Part shown: piece by piece, positions 41,721-51,922 of the stretch
Numbering within the stretch: position 1 is the stretch's first letter
Layout: each line of letters opens with the position of its first letter
Source of the DNA: Syntrophorhabdaceae bacterium
GTDB lineage: Bacteria; Desulfobacterota; Syntrophorhabdia; Syntrophorhabdales; Syntrophorhabdaceae
DNA length: 64,000 bases
Reading direction: 5' to 3'
Assembly (NCBI GenBank): GCA_963666485.2
Contig: CAXXUO010000001.1
Location: forward strand, 608,001 to 672,000
The notes under the pieces: generated by a model
Database searches by the model: none
The model's input: the letters and a program-made list of their open reading frames with translations, nothing else
Told to the model about the DNA's origin: nothing
Made by a program: the position numbers and the translations under genes

Positions 41721-42184
41721 TAATCCACTTTCACTATTTCGTACGTCCTCTTCCCGCCCGGCGCGTTGAAGTTTACTTCATCACCAACGGTCTTGCCCAT
41801 GAGGGCGCGGCCTAAGGGGGATGTGATAGATATGGTGCTTTTCTTGATGTCGGATTCGTAGGGCCCGACGATGCGGTACAGGGACTCTTCATCGGTGTCA
41901 AGGTTTACGAGGTGCACGGTACAGCCGAACTCCACGGTCTCGCCATCCCTTTTTTTCGCATCGACGATCTCGGAGTTCCTAAGCTGCTCCTCGATCTCGG
42001 CGACCCTTTGCTGAAGGAACTGGAACTCTTCACGGGCGGCGTCGTATTCCGCATTTTCGGAAAGGTCCCCGTGTTCCCGCGCCTCTTCGATAGCTTTCAA
42101 GATCTGCGGGCGTTTGACGCTCAGCATATTCTCGTGCTCTTTCTTTAATGCTTCGTAGCCTTCCCTGGTGATCGGTACTTTCAT
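41720..42184 (-). CDS. greA: Transcription elongation factor GreA
   Basis: AREHGDLSENAEYDAA, IS.TSPLGRAL. Confidence 0.96.
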   Translation of the reverse strand: MKVPITREGYEALKKEHENMLSVKRPQILKAIEEAREHGDLSENAEYDAAREEFQFLQQRVAEIEEQLRNSEIVDAKKRDGETVEFGCTVHLVNLDTDEESLYRIVGPYESDIKKSTISITSPLGRALMGKTVGDEVNFNAPGGKRTYEIVKVD

Positions 42185-42321
42185 TCATGCTCCGGTTTTG
42201 TAAATTGGAGTAAAAGACTACCTAAAGCAGGATAAATTATCAACAGATTTGTGTCAGTATCCGGCTTGCCCCCCAAATCCTTACCACCGCCGGAAATATC
42301 GATAAAATCAGGAAAAAATCC

Positions 42322-42351
42322 TTGACAAGATCCTTGACTAACAAGTATAAC
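42322..42351 (+). promoter_or_regulatory. Putative sigma70 promoter of the dcw cluster
   Basis: TTGACA-18 nt-TATAAC upstream of mraZ. Confidence 0.55.
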
Positions 42352-42357
42352 TGACTA

Positions 42358-42386
42358 AAGTGGTAAAAGGTGTAAAAAGGTGGGAG
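42358..42386 (+). promoter_or_regulatory. MraZ-binding repeats
   Basis: GTGGT, GTGTA and GTGGG at exact 10-bp spacing (42360, 42370, 42380) just before mraZ. Confidence 0.7.
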
Positions 42387-42387
42387 A

Positions 42388-42828
42388 TTGTTCATAGGGA
42401 GATACGAATATTCCATCGATGATAAAAGCAGGGTGAGCGTCCCGGCGAGGTTCAGGGAAGCCCTTTCCTCAAGCGCCGACTCCCGGCTCATCCTCACTAT
42501 TCTCGACGGCTGCGTTGTGGCGTATCCCTACCAGGAATGGCTTTATATCCAGGATAAGATCTCGGCCTCCGGGTCGATGAGCAAAGAGCAGAGGGCTTTT
42601 CTGCGCTATTTCTTTTCCGGTGCCACCGAGTGCACTTTTGACAAGCTGGGAAGGATCCTTATTCCCCAGGCGCTCAAGACCGACGCGCATATCCAGAAAA
42701 ATGTCGTCATAGTCGGCGTGGGAAAGAAAATAGAGGTCTGGGCAAAAGAAAAATGGGAAGAACTGGTTCGGACAGCCACTGCCGATCCCGATCAGATAGC
42801 CACTATCGTATCGGAACTCGGTCTTTGA
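42388..42828 (+). CDS. mraZ: Division/cell wall cluster transcriptional regulator MraZ
   Basis: DDKSRVSVPARFR, DKLGRILIP, EVW; heads the dcw cluster. Confidence 0.95.
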   Translation: MFIGRYEYSIDDKSRVSVPARFREALSSSADSRLILTILDGCVVAYPYQEWLYIQDKISASGSMSKEQRAFLRYFFSGATECTFDKLGRILIPQALKTDAHIQKNVVIVGVGKKIEVWAKEKWEELVRTATADPDQIATIVSELGL

Positions 42829-43712
42829 GTGACGCCGGACATATCCCGGTTCTTTTCCAGGAAGTACTTGAAAACCTGATCAGCAACACAAGCGGCACAT
42901 TCGTCGACGCAACTCTCGGGGGTGCGGGACACGCCCTCGGATTGCTGAGCAGGAACAGTAAATTACACCTAATAGGTATTGATAGAGATCAGGAAGCCTT
43001 AGAGCGGGCGCGGGACGTACTCAGAGCATATAGCGACCGGGTAACTTTACTGAGAGGCAACTTCGGGGACATGAAGGGTTTGCTCCACAGTGCAGGGGTG
43101 AAATCTATTGACGGTGCCCTCTTTGATCTTGGTATTTCCAGCTATCAATTGGAAAGCGGCAGGGGATTCAGCTTTAACGACGACGAGGAACTCGATATGA
43201 GGATGGACCGGGGACAGGACCTCACTGCATATCACATCGTTAATTCATATCGCCAGGAAGAGATCGCCCGGATCCTCTACGAATACGGGGAAGAGTGGCA
43301 ATCGCGCAAAATAGCGAAGGCCATCTTCGATGCCCGGAAAAAAGACCGTATACGGACAGGCAGGCAGCTCGCCGGGATCATCGCATCGGTAAAGAAACGG
43401 ACCGGGAAGACCCATCCTGCCACGAAATCTTTCCAGGCTTTAAGGATAGCCGTCAACGACGAACTGAAAAGCGTGGTGAACGGGCTCGATGCGGCCCTCG
43501 AGCTTCTGTCGCCCGGGTCCAGAATAGGCGTCATAACGTTTCATTCCCTTGAAGACCGGATCGTCAAGGAGCGTTTTCGCAACGATGACGCCCTGGCAGT
43601 CGTGACCCGCAAGCCCTTGAGGCCGGGCCGCGACGAGGTCCGTTCCAACCCGCGGTCGCGCAGCGCCAAACTGCGCATCGCAGAGAAAAAATCAGTGGGG
43701 GGTGCATCATGA
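42825..43712 (+). CDS. rsmH: 16S rRNA m4C1402 methyltransferase
   Basis: HIPVL, DATLGGAGH, DLGISS.QL, LDMRM, FQALRIAVN.EL, FHSLEDR, NPRSRSAKLR. Confidence 0.96.
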   Translation: MSDAGHIPVLFQEVLENLISNTSGTFVDATLGGAGHALGLLSRNSKLHLIGIDRDQEALERARDVLRAYSDRVTLLRGNFGDMKGLLHSAGVKSIDGALFDLGISSYQLESGRGFSFNDDEELDMRMDRGQDLTAYHIVNSYRQEEIARILYEYGEEWQSRKIAKAIFDARKKDRIRTGRQLAGIIASVKKRTGKTHPATKSFQALRIAVNDELKSVVNGLDAALELLSPGSRIGVITFHSLEDRIVKERFRNDDALAVVTRKPLRPGRDEVRSNPRSRSAKLRIAEKKSVGGAS

Positions 43713-44023
43713 TGTACAGATCGAGAAAGATATATATAGACACATCGGGCGACAAGCTGTTCGACGGCGTCCGGCCCATTCTCTTTCTGGGAGTCATGAT
43801 AGCTTTTGTCATCATTGTAAGCTGCCTGCTCGTCAATGCCCACAGCCGGGCACGGCAGGACCTTATCGAGACGCTGACGCTCGAGCGCCAGATGAGGGAG
43901 ACGCACCAGAAACTGGCCTCCGACATGGCAGGCGTTACGCAGTCGCGGCTCCTCGCCCTGAAGGCGAAAGAAAGGCTGGGTTTGACAAAACCAAAGGATG
44001 AAGAGGTTCTCGTCTTGAAATGA
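43709..44023 (+). CDS. ftsL: Cell division protein FtsL
   Basis: Position after rsmH; single TM, coiled coil, AKERLGL..P. Confidence 0.75.
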   Translation: MMYRSRKIYIDTSGDKLFDGVRPILFLGVMIAFVIIVSCLLVNAHSRARQDLIETLTLERQMRETHQKLASDMAGVTQSRLLALKAKERLGLTKPKDEEVLVLK

Positions 44024-44871
44024 ACAAACAGGCGATCAGGAAAGCCTTCATTGTATGCACACTCATAGGGCTCATGTATGCAGGGATTGCGTTCAATGTT
44101 CAGGACCGGTTCTCCATGAAGAGGACGTCGGGGAAGCTCGCCGCAAAGGCACCCCGGAGCTTGAGCGTCGCCGCGCCGCAGCCGAAACCGGACCCGGTCC
44201 CCCAGAAAAAGGCCCTGGTCGCAGATAGCAGCACCGGTTTAGAGCCCGCATTCCTCATCGCCGTCCCCATCATCGCTTTTGCCATACGCGAAAATCTCCT
44301 CGAAAAAGACGGCATGGTCGTCGTTCAGAAGAATGACGAGGATTCGTCTTCGGTCTACCTGAAGAAACCCATGGACATATTGAAAGACAGGGACAAGGAA
44401 GGCCTCAAGGCCTTATCGCGCATCATCGGCAAAAAGAATATCGAGGTCTTTCTCACAAAACAGGGTGTGAAGGTCCCCGATAAATCCCTGTCTGTTGATA
44501 CTATCACCGGAATCGGTTACAGTATTGACCGGAAATTGCTTGTTAGTATGTACGATCAGTATGTCGGTGAAGGCTTCGCTTCCCTCATGCCTTATGCCTC
44601 TGGCGGTTTTGAAGTCTCAAGAAAAAATAACGGGTACCAGATCAATGCGGTCCGGAATGAAAAAACACCGGAGAACGCGGGGGCAAGTTCCGCCTTTTCC
44701 ATGCCGGACCTCACGGGATTGTCCATGAAAGCGGCCCTCGACAGGATATCGCCGAAGGCCGAGGTCAAGATCCACGGTTCGGGCATCGTTGTCGACCAGT
44801 TCCCCAAACCAAAGGAAAGAGTTGAAAAAGAGACCCGGTGCGTTCTGTATGGGAGGTCATACCAAAAGTGA
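44020..44871 (+). CDS. Degenerate FtsI-like protein (TM + transpeptidase remnant + PASTA) lacking catalytic motifs
   Basis: ftsI slot between ftsL and murE; 283 aa; C-terminal PASTA (MPDLTGLSMKAAL...GSGIVVDQFP); no SxxK or KTG. Confidence 0.75.
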   Translation: MNKQAIRKAFIVCTLIGLMYAGIAFNVQDRFSMKRTSGKLAAKAPRSLSVAAPQPKPDPVPQKKALVADSSTGLEPAFLIAVPIIAFAIRENLLEKDGMVVVQKNDEDSSSVYLKKPMDILKDRDKEGLKALSRIIGKKNIEVFLTKQGVKVPDKSLSVDTITGIGYSIDRKLLVSMYDQYVGEGFASLMPYASGGFEVSRKNNGYQINAVRNEKTPENAGASSAFSMPDLTGLSMKAALDRISPKAEVKIHGSGIVVDQFPKPKERVEKETRCVLYGRSYQK

Positions 44872-46319
44872 AACTTGGCAGCATAATAAAAGGGGTAGAC
44901 ACGATAAGCATCCGCGGCAATACCTCCCTTGAAATAACAGGTATTACGAAAGATTCGCGCGATGTCACGCAGGGTTCCCTCTTCTTCGTGACGCGCTCGA
45001 GCAACGCATACATAGAAGACGCCTTCAAACGCGGCGCGAGCGCCGTCGTGACGGATGGAGAGATAAACGAGCCCTTCGGCTGCATCATCCATGTCGGGGA
45101 TGTCATGAAAGCGCTCGGTCAGGCGGCGTCGAACTTTTATCATCACCCGTCGCGCCGGGTCCATATCACCGGGATAACCGGGACAAACGGCAAGACGACA
45201 ATAACGTACCTCATAGAGTCCGTCCTGCGCTCGGCCGGAAAAGAACCCGGGGTGATCGGGACGATCTCATACCGTTATGCAGGGAAAACGTTCAAAGCGG
45301 CAAACACCACCCCCGGCGCAAGTGAAATGAACGGCCTCCTGAGCGACATGGCCGCCTCAGGCGTAAACCACGTGATCATGGAGGTGTCGTCCCATGCCCT
45401 CGACCAGAGACGGGTCGAAGGCATCGACTTCGATGTCGCGGTGTTCACGAACCTCACGCACGACCACCTGGATTACCATGGCACTTTCGAGAATTACGGG
45501 GCTGCCAAGAGGCTTCTTTTCGAGGACTATCTCGCACGGAGCAGGAAAAAGAAGAGATACGCCGTGATGAATATTGATGATCCCGCTATCAGGGACTTCA
45601 TTATAACCGCGCCTGTAACAATGCTCTCTTACAGCACGCGGGGCTTTGCCGACGCCTGCCTTTCGGAGTACTCCGAAAGCATCGATGGCCTGACACTCAC
45701 CATAAGCCTTCCGGGGAAGAAGATCCCCATCGTCACACCTTTAATCGGCATGTTCAATGCCTCCAACATCCTTGCCGCAGCACTGTCAGGTTATGCAGCG
45801 GGCATACCGCACCGCGCCATCAAAGAGGGTATCGAGCGTGTAAAGGGCGTTCCGGGAAGATTGGAACGGGTTGCAAACGACAGGGGCATTTCGGTCTTCG
45901 TGGATTATGCGCATACCCCGGACGCCATCAAGAACGTGCTTTCGCTTCTCGGAGGTCTCAAGAAGGGAAAGCTTATCGCCGTTTTCGGATGCGGAGGAAA
46001 CAGGGACGCGGCGAAACGGCCCATCATGGGCGCGCTTGCTTCCCGGCTCGCGGATGAGGTGATCATCACATCGGACAATCCGCGGAATGAGGACCCTGCT
46101 AGGATCATCGCGGACATCGCGCGGGGGGTCGAGGGAAAACGGTACAGGATCATCGAAGACAGGAGGGAGGCCATCTTCGAGAGCATTCGCACGGCACGGC
46201 CCGATGACGTCGTGCTCGTGGCGGGCAAGGGACATGAGGATTACCAGATCGTGGGCGACACCATACTGCATTTCAGTGATCGTGAGGTTGTCGAGGAGTG
46301 TTTCCATGTGGCGACTTGA
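44868..46319 (+). CDS. murE: UDP-MurNAc-tripeptide synthetase (meso-DAP type)
   Basis: GITGTNGKTT, MEVSSH, DHLDYH, VDYAHTPD, DNPR, GKGHE. Confidence 0.97.
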   Translation: MKLGSIIKGVDTISIRGNTSLEITGITKDSRDVTQGSLFFVTRSSNAYIEDAFKRGASAVVTDGEINEPFGCIIHVGDVMKALGQAASNFYHHPSRRVHITGITGTNGKTTITYLIESVLRSAGKEPGVIGTISYRYAGKTFKAANTTPGASEMNGLLSDMAASGVNHVIMEVSSHALDQRRVEGIDFDVAVFTNLTHDHLDYHGTFENYGAAKRLLFEDYLARSRKKKRYAVMNIDDPAIRDFIITAPVTMLSYSTRGFADACLSEYSESIDGLTLTISLPGKKIPIVTPLIGMFNASNILAAALSGYAAGIPHRAIKEGIERVKGVPGRLERVANDRGISVFVDYAHTPDAIKNVLSLLGGLKKGKLIAVFGCGGNRDAAKRPIMGALASRLADEVIITSDNPRNEDPARIIADIARGVEGKRYRIIEDRREAIFESIRTARPDDVVLVAGKGHEDYQIVGDTILHFSDREVVEECFHVAT

Positions 46320-47667
46320 AGACATCATCACGGCGGTGAAGGGAACGGTCCTGAAAAGAACGCGGGACGCCTTTACCGGCATCTCCACCGACTCCCGCGC
46401 GATCGGTGAAGGCGAGCTCTTCATTCCCATCGTCGGCAAGACCTTCGACGGCCATTCGTTCATCGAACAGGCGCTGAAGATCTCCCACGGCGGAACGCTC
46501 TGCAGGAACGACTACCCGGCGCCCCTTGCCGATGTGCCCGGAACGGTCATCCTTGTCGAGGACACGAACCAGGCCCTGCTCGACATCGCACGCTTCAAAC
46601 GCGACAGCATCGCGGCGAAATTCATCTGCATAACGGGCAGCAACGGCAAGACCACAACCAAAGAGATCCTCGCAGGAATGCTGAAAAAGAAGTTCGACGT
46701 ACACTATAACGAGAAGAACCTCAACAACCTGATCGGTGTACCTCTCGCCATCCTCGCAATCGCGGGAGAACCCGGGGCATGCATCATGGAGCTGGGAACA
46801 AATATGCCCGGTGAGATAAAAAAACTCGCCATCGCCACCGATCCCGACATCTCGCTTATCACGAACGTCAACCCGTCGCATCTCGAGGGGCTGGAATCGC
46901 TTGAGGGGGTACTCGAAGAAAAGCTCGACCTCTTCCGGTACACGAGGCCCCACGGGAAGATCCTTGTCAACATCGACGATCCCGGCATTGCCGGGCGGTA
47001 CCGGCAAACGGGCCACAAGGCGATAACGTTCGGCATCGAAAATGACGCGCACTACCGCTTGCGCGTGATACGCGACCTCGGCTGGGAAGGCGCGGTCATA
47101 TCCATAATCTCCCCGGCCGGGACGATCGAGGCGAGAACGTCTCTTCTCGGGCGGCACAACCACTATGACCTGCTTGCCGCCGCGACGTGCGCTTCCGTTA
47201 TGGGGGTCGACCATGGATTGATCGCAGAGGCCATCGAAGAGTTCACGTCGTATGACAAACGGCTTCAGCCGATCAGGAGTTCCCGCGGGTTCGTCATCAT
47301 AGACGATACGTACAACGCGAACCCGTCTTCCGTGGAGTGGGCCATACACACCTTGAGCGATCTCCCGTCCGACGGCAGGAAGGTGGTCGTGCTTGGCGGG
47401 ATGAAGGAACTCGGCAAAGAAAGCGTCTTCTACCACGGGGAAATAGGCAGGTTCCTCAACAAGATGAAAGATATCGGCCTTATTGTCCTTTTCGGCGAGG
47501 AGACCGGCGACACATACTCCGAGCTCGGCAACGGGAAAGCCGTGCACTTCAACAACAAGGAACAGCTCGTCGAATACCTGAGAGGGGAACTTAAGACCGG
47601 CGACACGGTCCTCGTCAAAGGGTCGCGGGCATTTAAGATGGAGGAAATAGTGGAGGCCCTGAAGTAA
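46306..47667 (+). CDS. murF: UDP-MurNAc-pentapeptide synthetase
   Basis: [35 protein letters not shown]. Confidence 0.96.
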   Translation: MWRLEDIITAVKGTVLKRTRDAFTGISTDSRAIGEGELFIPIVGKTFDGHSFIEQALKISHGGTLCRNDYPAPLADVPGTVILVEDTNQALLDIARFKRDSIAAKFICITGSNGKTTTKEILAGMLKKKFDVHYNEKNLNNLIGVPLAILAIAGEPGACIMELGTNMPGEIKKLAIATDPDISLITNVNPSHLEGLESLEGVLEEKLDLFRYTRPHGKILVNIDDPGIAGRYRQTGHKAITFGIENDAHYRLRVIRDLGWEGAVISIISPAGTIEARTSLLGRHNHYDLLAAATCASVMGVDHGLIAEAIEEFTSYDKRLQPIRSSRGFVIIDDTYNANPSSVEWAIHTLSDLPSDGRKVVVLGGMKELGKESVFYHGEIGRFLNKMKDIGLIVLFGEETGDTYSELGNGKAVHFNNKEQLVEYLRGELKTGDTVLVKGSRAFKMEEIVEALK

Positions 47668-48743
47668 TGCTGTACTACCTGCTCTATCAGCTCCACGGAA
47701 AGATCGGCGCGTTCAACGTCTTTCGCTATATTACGTTCAGGGCGGTCCTCGGGATCCTGTCGGCCCTCATCATCAGTTTTATCCTGACACCCTACGTTAT
47801 CCGGAAATTCCACGAATGGAAGATCCGCAGCGGCAAGCGCGAAGATGTCCCGGACCGCCACGAGGCAAAGAAAGAAACCCCGACCATGGGCGGGTTCGTG
47901 ATCCTCATCGCGACCGTCATACCAACGCTCCTGTGGGCGGACCTCACCAATTACTATATATGGGTCGTCATCTTCTCCCTCGTGTCGTTCGGCTTCATTG
48001 GGTTCATGGACGATGTGCAGAAACTCCGCGGGGTAAACGGGAAAGGCATAACGGGGCGGACGAAGCTGTCGCTCCAGCTTCTCTTTGCGGCCATGATCGG
48101 TGCGATGATCTTCTTTAAGTACGGCTTCGTCACGCAGCTGACCATACCGTTCTTCAAGACCCTTCTCCCTGATCTCGGGGTCTTCTACATCGCCCTGTGC
48201 ATCTTTATGATCGCGGGGACCTCGAACGCGGTGAACCTGACCGACGGGCTTGACGGCCTGGCGATCGGCCCGGTCCTCACCGTCTGCACGACGTTCATGG
48301 TATTCTGCTATCTCGTTGGAAATGCGATATTCTCGCAATACCTCCAGATATTTTTCGTAAAGGGCGCCGGGGAGCTCACCGTCCTGTGCGGCGCGATGCT
48401 CGGGGCCGGCATCGGGTTCCTCTGGTACAATGCCCACCCGGCGGAGCTTTTCATGGGCGATACGGGCTCACTTTCGCTCGGCGCCGCACTCGCGACCATC
48501 GCCGTCATCATCAAGCAGGAGTTCCTCCTCGTTATCGCAGGCGGGATATTCGTCCTCGAGACGTTGTCCGTCATCATCCAGGTCTATTCTTTCAAACTCC
48601 GGGGGAAGAGGGTTTTCAGGATGGCGCCCATCCACCACCATTTCGAGCTGAAAGGGTGGAACGAGGAAAAGATCGTTGTCCGGTTCTGGATCATCTCGGT
48701 GATCCTCGGACTTATTGCCATGAGCACACTGAAGTTGAGGTAA
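47667..48743 (+). CDS. mraY: Phospho-MurNAc-pentapeptide transferase
   Basis: [34 protein letters not shown]. Confidence 0.98.
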   Translation: MLYYLLYQLHGKIGAFNVFRYITFRAVLGILSALIISFILTPYVIRKFHEWKIRSGKREDVPDRHEAKKETPTMGGFVILIATVIPTLLWADLTNYYIWVVIFSLVSFGFIGFMDDVQKLRGVNGKGITGRTKLSLQLLFAAMIGAMIFFKYGFVTQLTIPFFKTLLPDLGVFYIALCIFMIAGTSNAVNLTDGLDGLAIGPVLTVCTTFMVFCYLVGNAIFSQYLQIFFVKGAGELTVLCGAMLGAGIGFLWYNAHPAELFMGDTGSLSLGAALATIAVIIKQEFLLVIAGGIFVLETLSVIIQVYSFKLRGKRVFRMAPIHHHFELKGWNEEKIVVRFWIISVILGLIAMSTLKLR

Positions 48744-48744
48744 A

Positions 48745-50070
48745 ATGGACATACCTGATCGCATACTTATCGTCGGACTTGGCACATCGGGAATAGCCGT
48801 TGCCAGGTTCCTTTCCCGGCTCGGGAAGACGATCGGTATCGCCGACGAAAAGAGTGAAAATGAGCTCGGCAACGCCCTTTCGGCGCTTGAAGGGATCGCA
48901 TATACCGGCCATTTCGGCCCGCACCGGCAAGCCGATTTCACCTCCTATCCACTCATTGTCCTGAGCCCCGGCGTCGATACGGAGCTGCCCGTCATCCGGG
49001 AGGCCAAAAAGGCCGGCGTCAGGGTCATCGGCGAGATGGAACTTGCCTCATCCTTTGTGAAAGACCCGATAATAGCGATCACGGGAACAAATGGAAAGAC
49101 AACGACGACAACCCTCATCGGTGAGATATTTTCGAAGGGGCTCGGGCCCTGCTTCGTCGGGGGGAACATCGGCAACCCTCTCATCAACTACGTGGCGGAC
49201 GGCACACGTTGCCCGGCCGTTATCGTGGAGGTGAGCAGCTTTCAGCTCGAAACGATCGAGGGCTTCAGGCCGTCAACCGCCCTGCTCCTCAACATCACCG
49301 AAGACCACCTCGACCGCTACCGTAGCTACGAGGAATACAAAGCCGCGAAATACCGCATCTTCGATAACCAGGCAAGTACGGACAATGCCATCGTACGGTC
49401 CGGGCTCGATGTCCCGATGAAAGGCACGCCGCGCGCGTTCACGTTCTCTGCGACAGATGAGGTCCGCGAGGGGGCATTCGCGAAGGACGGCAGGCTCTAT
49501 GTGAGGTTCGACGGCAAGGAATCGTCCTTCCGGCGGGACATCTCGCCTCTCGTCGGCGTCCATAACACGGAGAACATCCTCGCCGCCATTCTTACGGCCC
49601 GCATTCACGGAATAGACGATGCGGTCATTGAAAGTTGTTTGCGGAGATTCCGCGGGCTCCCCCACCGGGTCGAATTCGTGCGCACCGTACGGGATGTTGC
49701 CTTTTACAATGATTCGAAGGCCACGAACGTCGATGCCACAAAGAGGGCCCTCGAAGGCTTCGACAGGAACGTCATCCTGATCGCCGGCGGCAAGGACAAG
49801 GGCGGAAGCTACAAAGCGATACGCGATATGAGTGCGCGCATAAAGGCCATTATTCTTATCGGCGAGGCAAAGGACCGGATCGCCGCGGAGCTTTTCGATA
49901 TCGCCCCGACGTACGGGGAAAGCGATATGACGTCCGCCGTGTATGCAGCCTTTTCGCAGGCATCGGCAGGGGACACCGTCCTCCTGTCGCCGATGTGCAG
50001 CAGCTTCGACATGTTCACGAGCTACAAGGAGCGGGGAAATACATTCAGGAGAATAGTGGAGTCGCTGTGA
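48745..50070 (+). CDS. murD: UDP-MurNAc-L-Ala:D-Glu ligase
   Basis: ITGTNGKTTT, GGNIG, EVSSFQL, DHLDRY, NDSKATN, SFDMF. Confidence 0.97.
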   Translation: MDIPDRILIVGLGTSGIAVARFLSRLGKTIGIADEKSENELGNALSALEGIAYTGHFGPHRQADFTSYPLIVLSPGVDTELPVIREAKKAGVRVIGEMELASSFVKDPIIAITGTNGKTTTTTLIGEIFSKGLGPCFVGGNIGNPLINYVADGTRCPAVIVEVSSFQLETIEGFRPSTALLLNITEDHLDRYRSYEEYKAAKYRIFDNQASTDNAIVRSGLDVPMKGTPRAFTFSATDEVREGAFAKDGRLYVRFDGKESSFRRDISPLVGVHNTENILAAILTARIHGIDDAVIESCLRRFRGLPHRVEFVRTVRDVAFYNDSKATNVDATKRALEGFDRNVILIAGGKDKGGSYKAIRDMSARIKAIILIGEAKDRIAAELFDIAPTYGESDMTSAVYAAFSQASAGDTVLLSPMCSSFDMFTSYKERGNTFRRIVESL

Positions 50071-50858
50071 AAAAGATAGGAATAGCCATAGTGTCCCTTA
50101 TCCTCGTATACAGCTTTTTCCGCGAATTCTCGCTCATGCGCGTCGCCATCATACTTGCGGGCGCCGCGGCGGGCTTCGGCATCTCGCTGATCCCCCGGCG
50201 CGGGATCGAGGCGATGAAGTACCCTCTCATTATCATCTCTTTCGCCATAACCGTCCTCCTGTTCTTCTACCCGAAGGTCACGATACCGGATGCCGCAAAA
50301 ATGGCGATCGTCTTTGTTTCCTTCTACGGCTTCGCCTTCTACCTCATAGGCATAGAGAACAAGGACCAGGACTTTTTCAAGGAAGTGACCGCGCTGTCCA
50401 TCCTTTTCTTCTCGTCCGGCTTCAATCTCTATATCACGGGGAACCTCGTATACCTGATCTCGTTCGCGCTCGCCCTCATGCTGTTCCTCTTCATCCTGGG
50501 AAGGTACCGCGTCATTGCCTTTATCGCCGCGTATACCCTCGTGGCATGCTTCATGATCTACCGTCAGAAGACGGGAATCCTGGGAAGCGGCCTCACGGGC
50601 CTTTCGGAGATCAACAAGTACATGCTCCTCGGGACGTCCTTCGCGCTTCTCGCTATCAGTTTTGCGACGATCATGAAGAAAGGCAGCTTCACGAATATGC
50701 TGCCTTTCTTCGGTTTCCTCTATGTGGCAGTGGATATCCTGCTCGTCGTCGGAATGAAGCTGCAGGCAGGGCTCCTCTATCAGCCGGTCCTTTTCCTTGC
50801 CATCGTCGTCCCGCTCGCGGGAACGATGATGATGAAGACGGAAGGAGGGCGGGCATGA
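50067..50858 (+). CDS. Degenerate FtsW-like multi-pass membrane protein lacking SEDS catalytic loop
   Basis: ftsW slot between murD and murG; GTG start overlapping the murD stop; 263 aa, mostly TM helices; no HTDF or SYGGS motif. Confidence 0.7.
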   Translation: MKKIGIAIVSLILVYSFFREFSLMRVAIILAGAAAGFGISLIPRRGIEAMKYPLIIISFAITVLLFFYPKVTIPDAAKMAIVFVSFYGFAFYLIGIENKDQDFFKEVTALSILFFSSGFNLYITGNLVYLISFALALMLFLFILGRYRVIAFIAAYTLVACFMIYRQKTGILGSGLTGLSEINKYMLLGTSFALLAISFATIMKKGSFTNMLPFFGFLYVAVDILLVVGMKLQAGLLYQPVLFLAIVVPLAGTMMMKTEGGRA

Positions 50859-51922
50859 AGCTCGTGATCAGCGCCGGCGGAACAGGAGGGCATATCTTTC
50901 CGGGGATAGCCGTGGCGGAATCCTTGATCGCTCAAGGGGGCGGCAACAGCGCCGTATTTATCGGGACGCCCTACGGCCTCGAGAAATCGATCATCCCCAA
51001 TGCCGGGTTTAAACTCCACCTTATCGAGGCCCATCAATTCCTGGGACGCTCGGTGGTACACAAGGCAGTAACGCTCCTTCGGATCATCAAAGGCGTCTTC
51101 ATGTGCCTTAAGATATTGAAACAGGAAAGACCGGACGCCATACTCGGCATGGGCGGGTTTACCTCGGTGCCCGTCATCATTGCGGGGAGAATGCGCGGGA
51201 TCCCCTGCTTCATCCATGAACAGAATGTCGAGCCCGGGCTTGCAAACAAATTATTGTCGCGCATAACCCGGACGGTTTTTGTGAGCTTCGACGCCACGGC
51301 CGCGAAACTGCCGCACGGAAGCGCCGTGCATACCGGCAACCCGCTCCGCCAGAAATTGAAGAAGATCGAGGGGATCAAGGATCCGGAGTCGTTCGGCATC
51401 TTTGTCTTCGGGGGCTCGCGGGGGGCAAAAAGCATCAACGATGCCGTCGTGTCGCTCCTGCCCCACCTCGCGGAGCATCACAATGTCGTCGTCTATCACC
51501 AGACCGGGCCGGATGATCTCGACCGGATACGTGACGCGTATTCCAAGGTCCGCGTCCCGCATGAGGTCTTCGCCTTCACGAACGAGATGGAAAAATATTA
51601 CGCGCTTTCCGATGTGGTGATAGCACGCGCAGGCGCAACGACGATCTTCGAACTCGCCTTTTTCCGGAAGGCGGCGATACTGATACCGTATCCGTACTCG
51701 GCCGGCAATCACCAGTGGCAGAACGCGGCATACGTGGAAGAAAAGGGCGGATGCCATCTTGTCAACAATGACGAAGCAACGGGTGAATTGCTGTTCGGCT
51801 TGATCCGGCAGCTCATGAAAGATAGAGAGCTCATCAAGAAAATGGGCGAGAACCTGGGAAAGATATTCGTGGACAATGCCGCATTACGCATCATCGGAGG
51901 AATAGAACATGGTCTTTCATAA
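50855..51922 (+). CDS. murG: Lipid I GlcNAc transferase
   Basis: GGTGGHIFP, HEQN, GNPLR, GGSRGA, RAGATT, HQ..NA. Confidence 0.97.
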   Translation: MKLVISAGGTGGHIFPGIAVAESLIAQGGGNSAVFIGTPYGLEKSIIPNAGFKLHLIEAHQFLGRSVVHKAVTLLRIIKGVFMCLKILKQERPDAILGMGGFTSVPVIIAGRMRGIPCFIHEQNVEPGLANKLLSRITRTVFVSFDATAAKLPHGSAVHTGNPLRQKLKKIEGIKDPESFGIFVFGGSRGAKSINDAVVSLLPHLAEHHNVVVYHQTGPDDLDRIRDAYSKVRVPHEVFAFTNEMEKYYALSDVVIARAGATTIFELAFFRKAAILIPYPYSAGNHQWQNAAYVEEKGGCHLVNNDEATGELLFGLIRQLMKDRELIKKMGENLGKIFVDNAALRIIGGIEHGLS

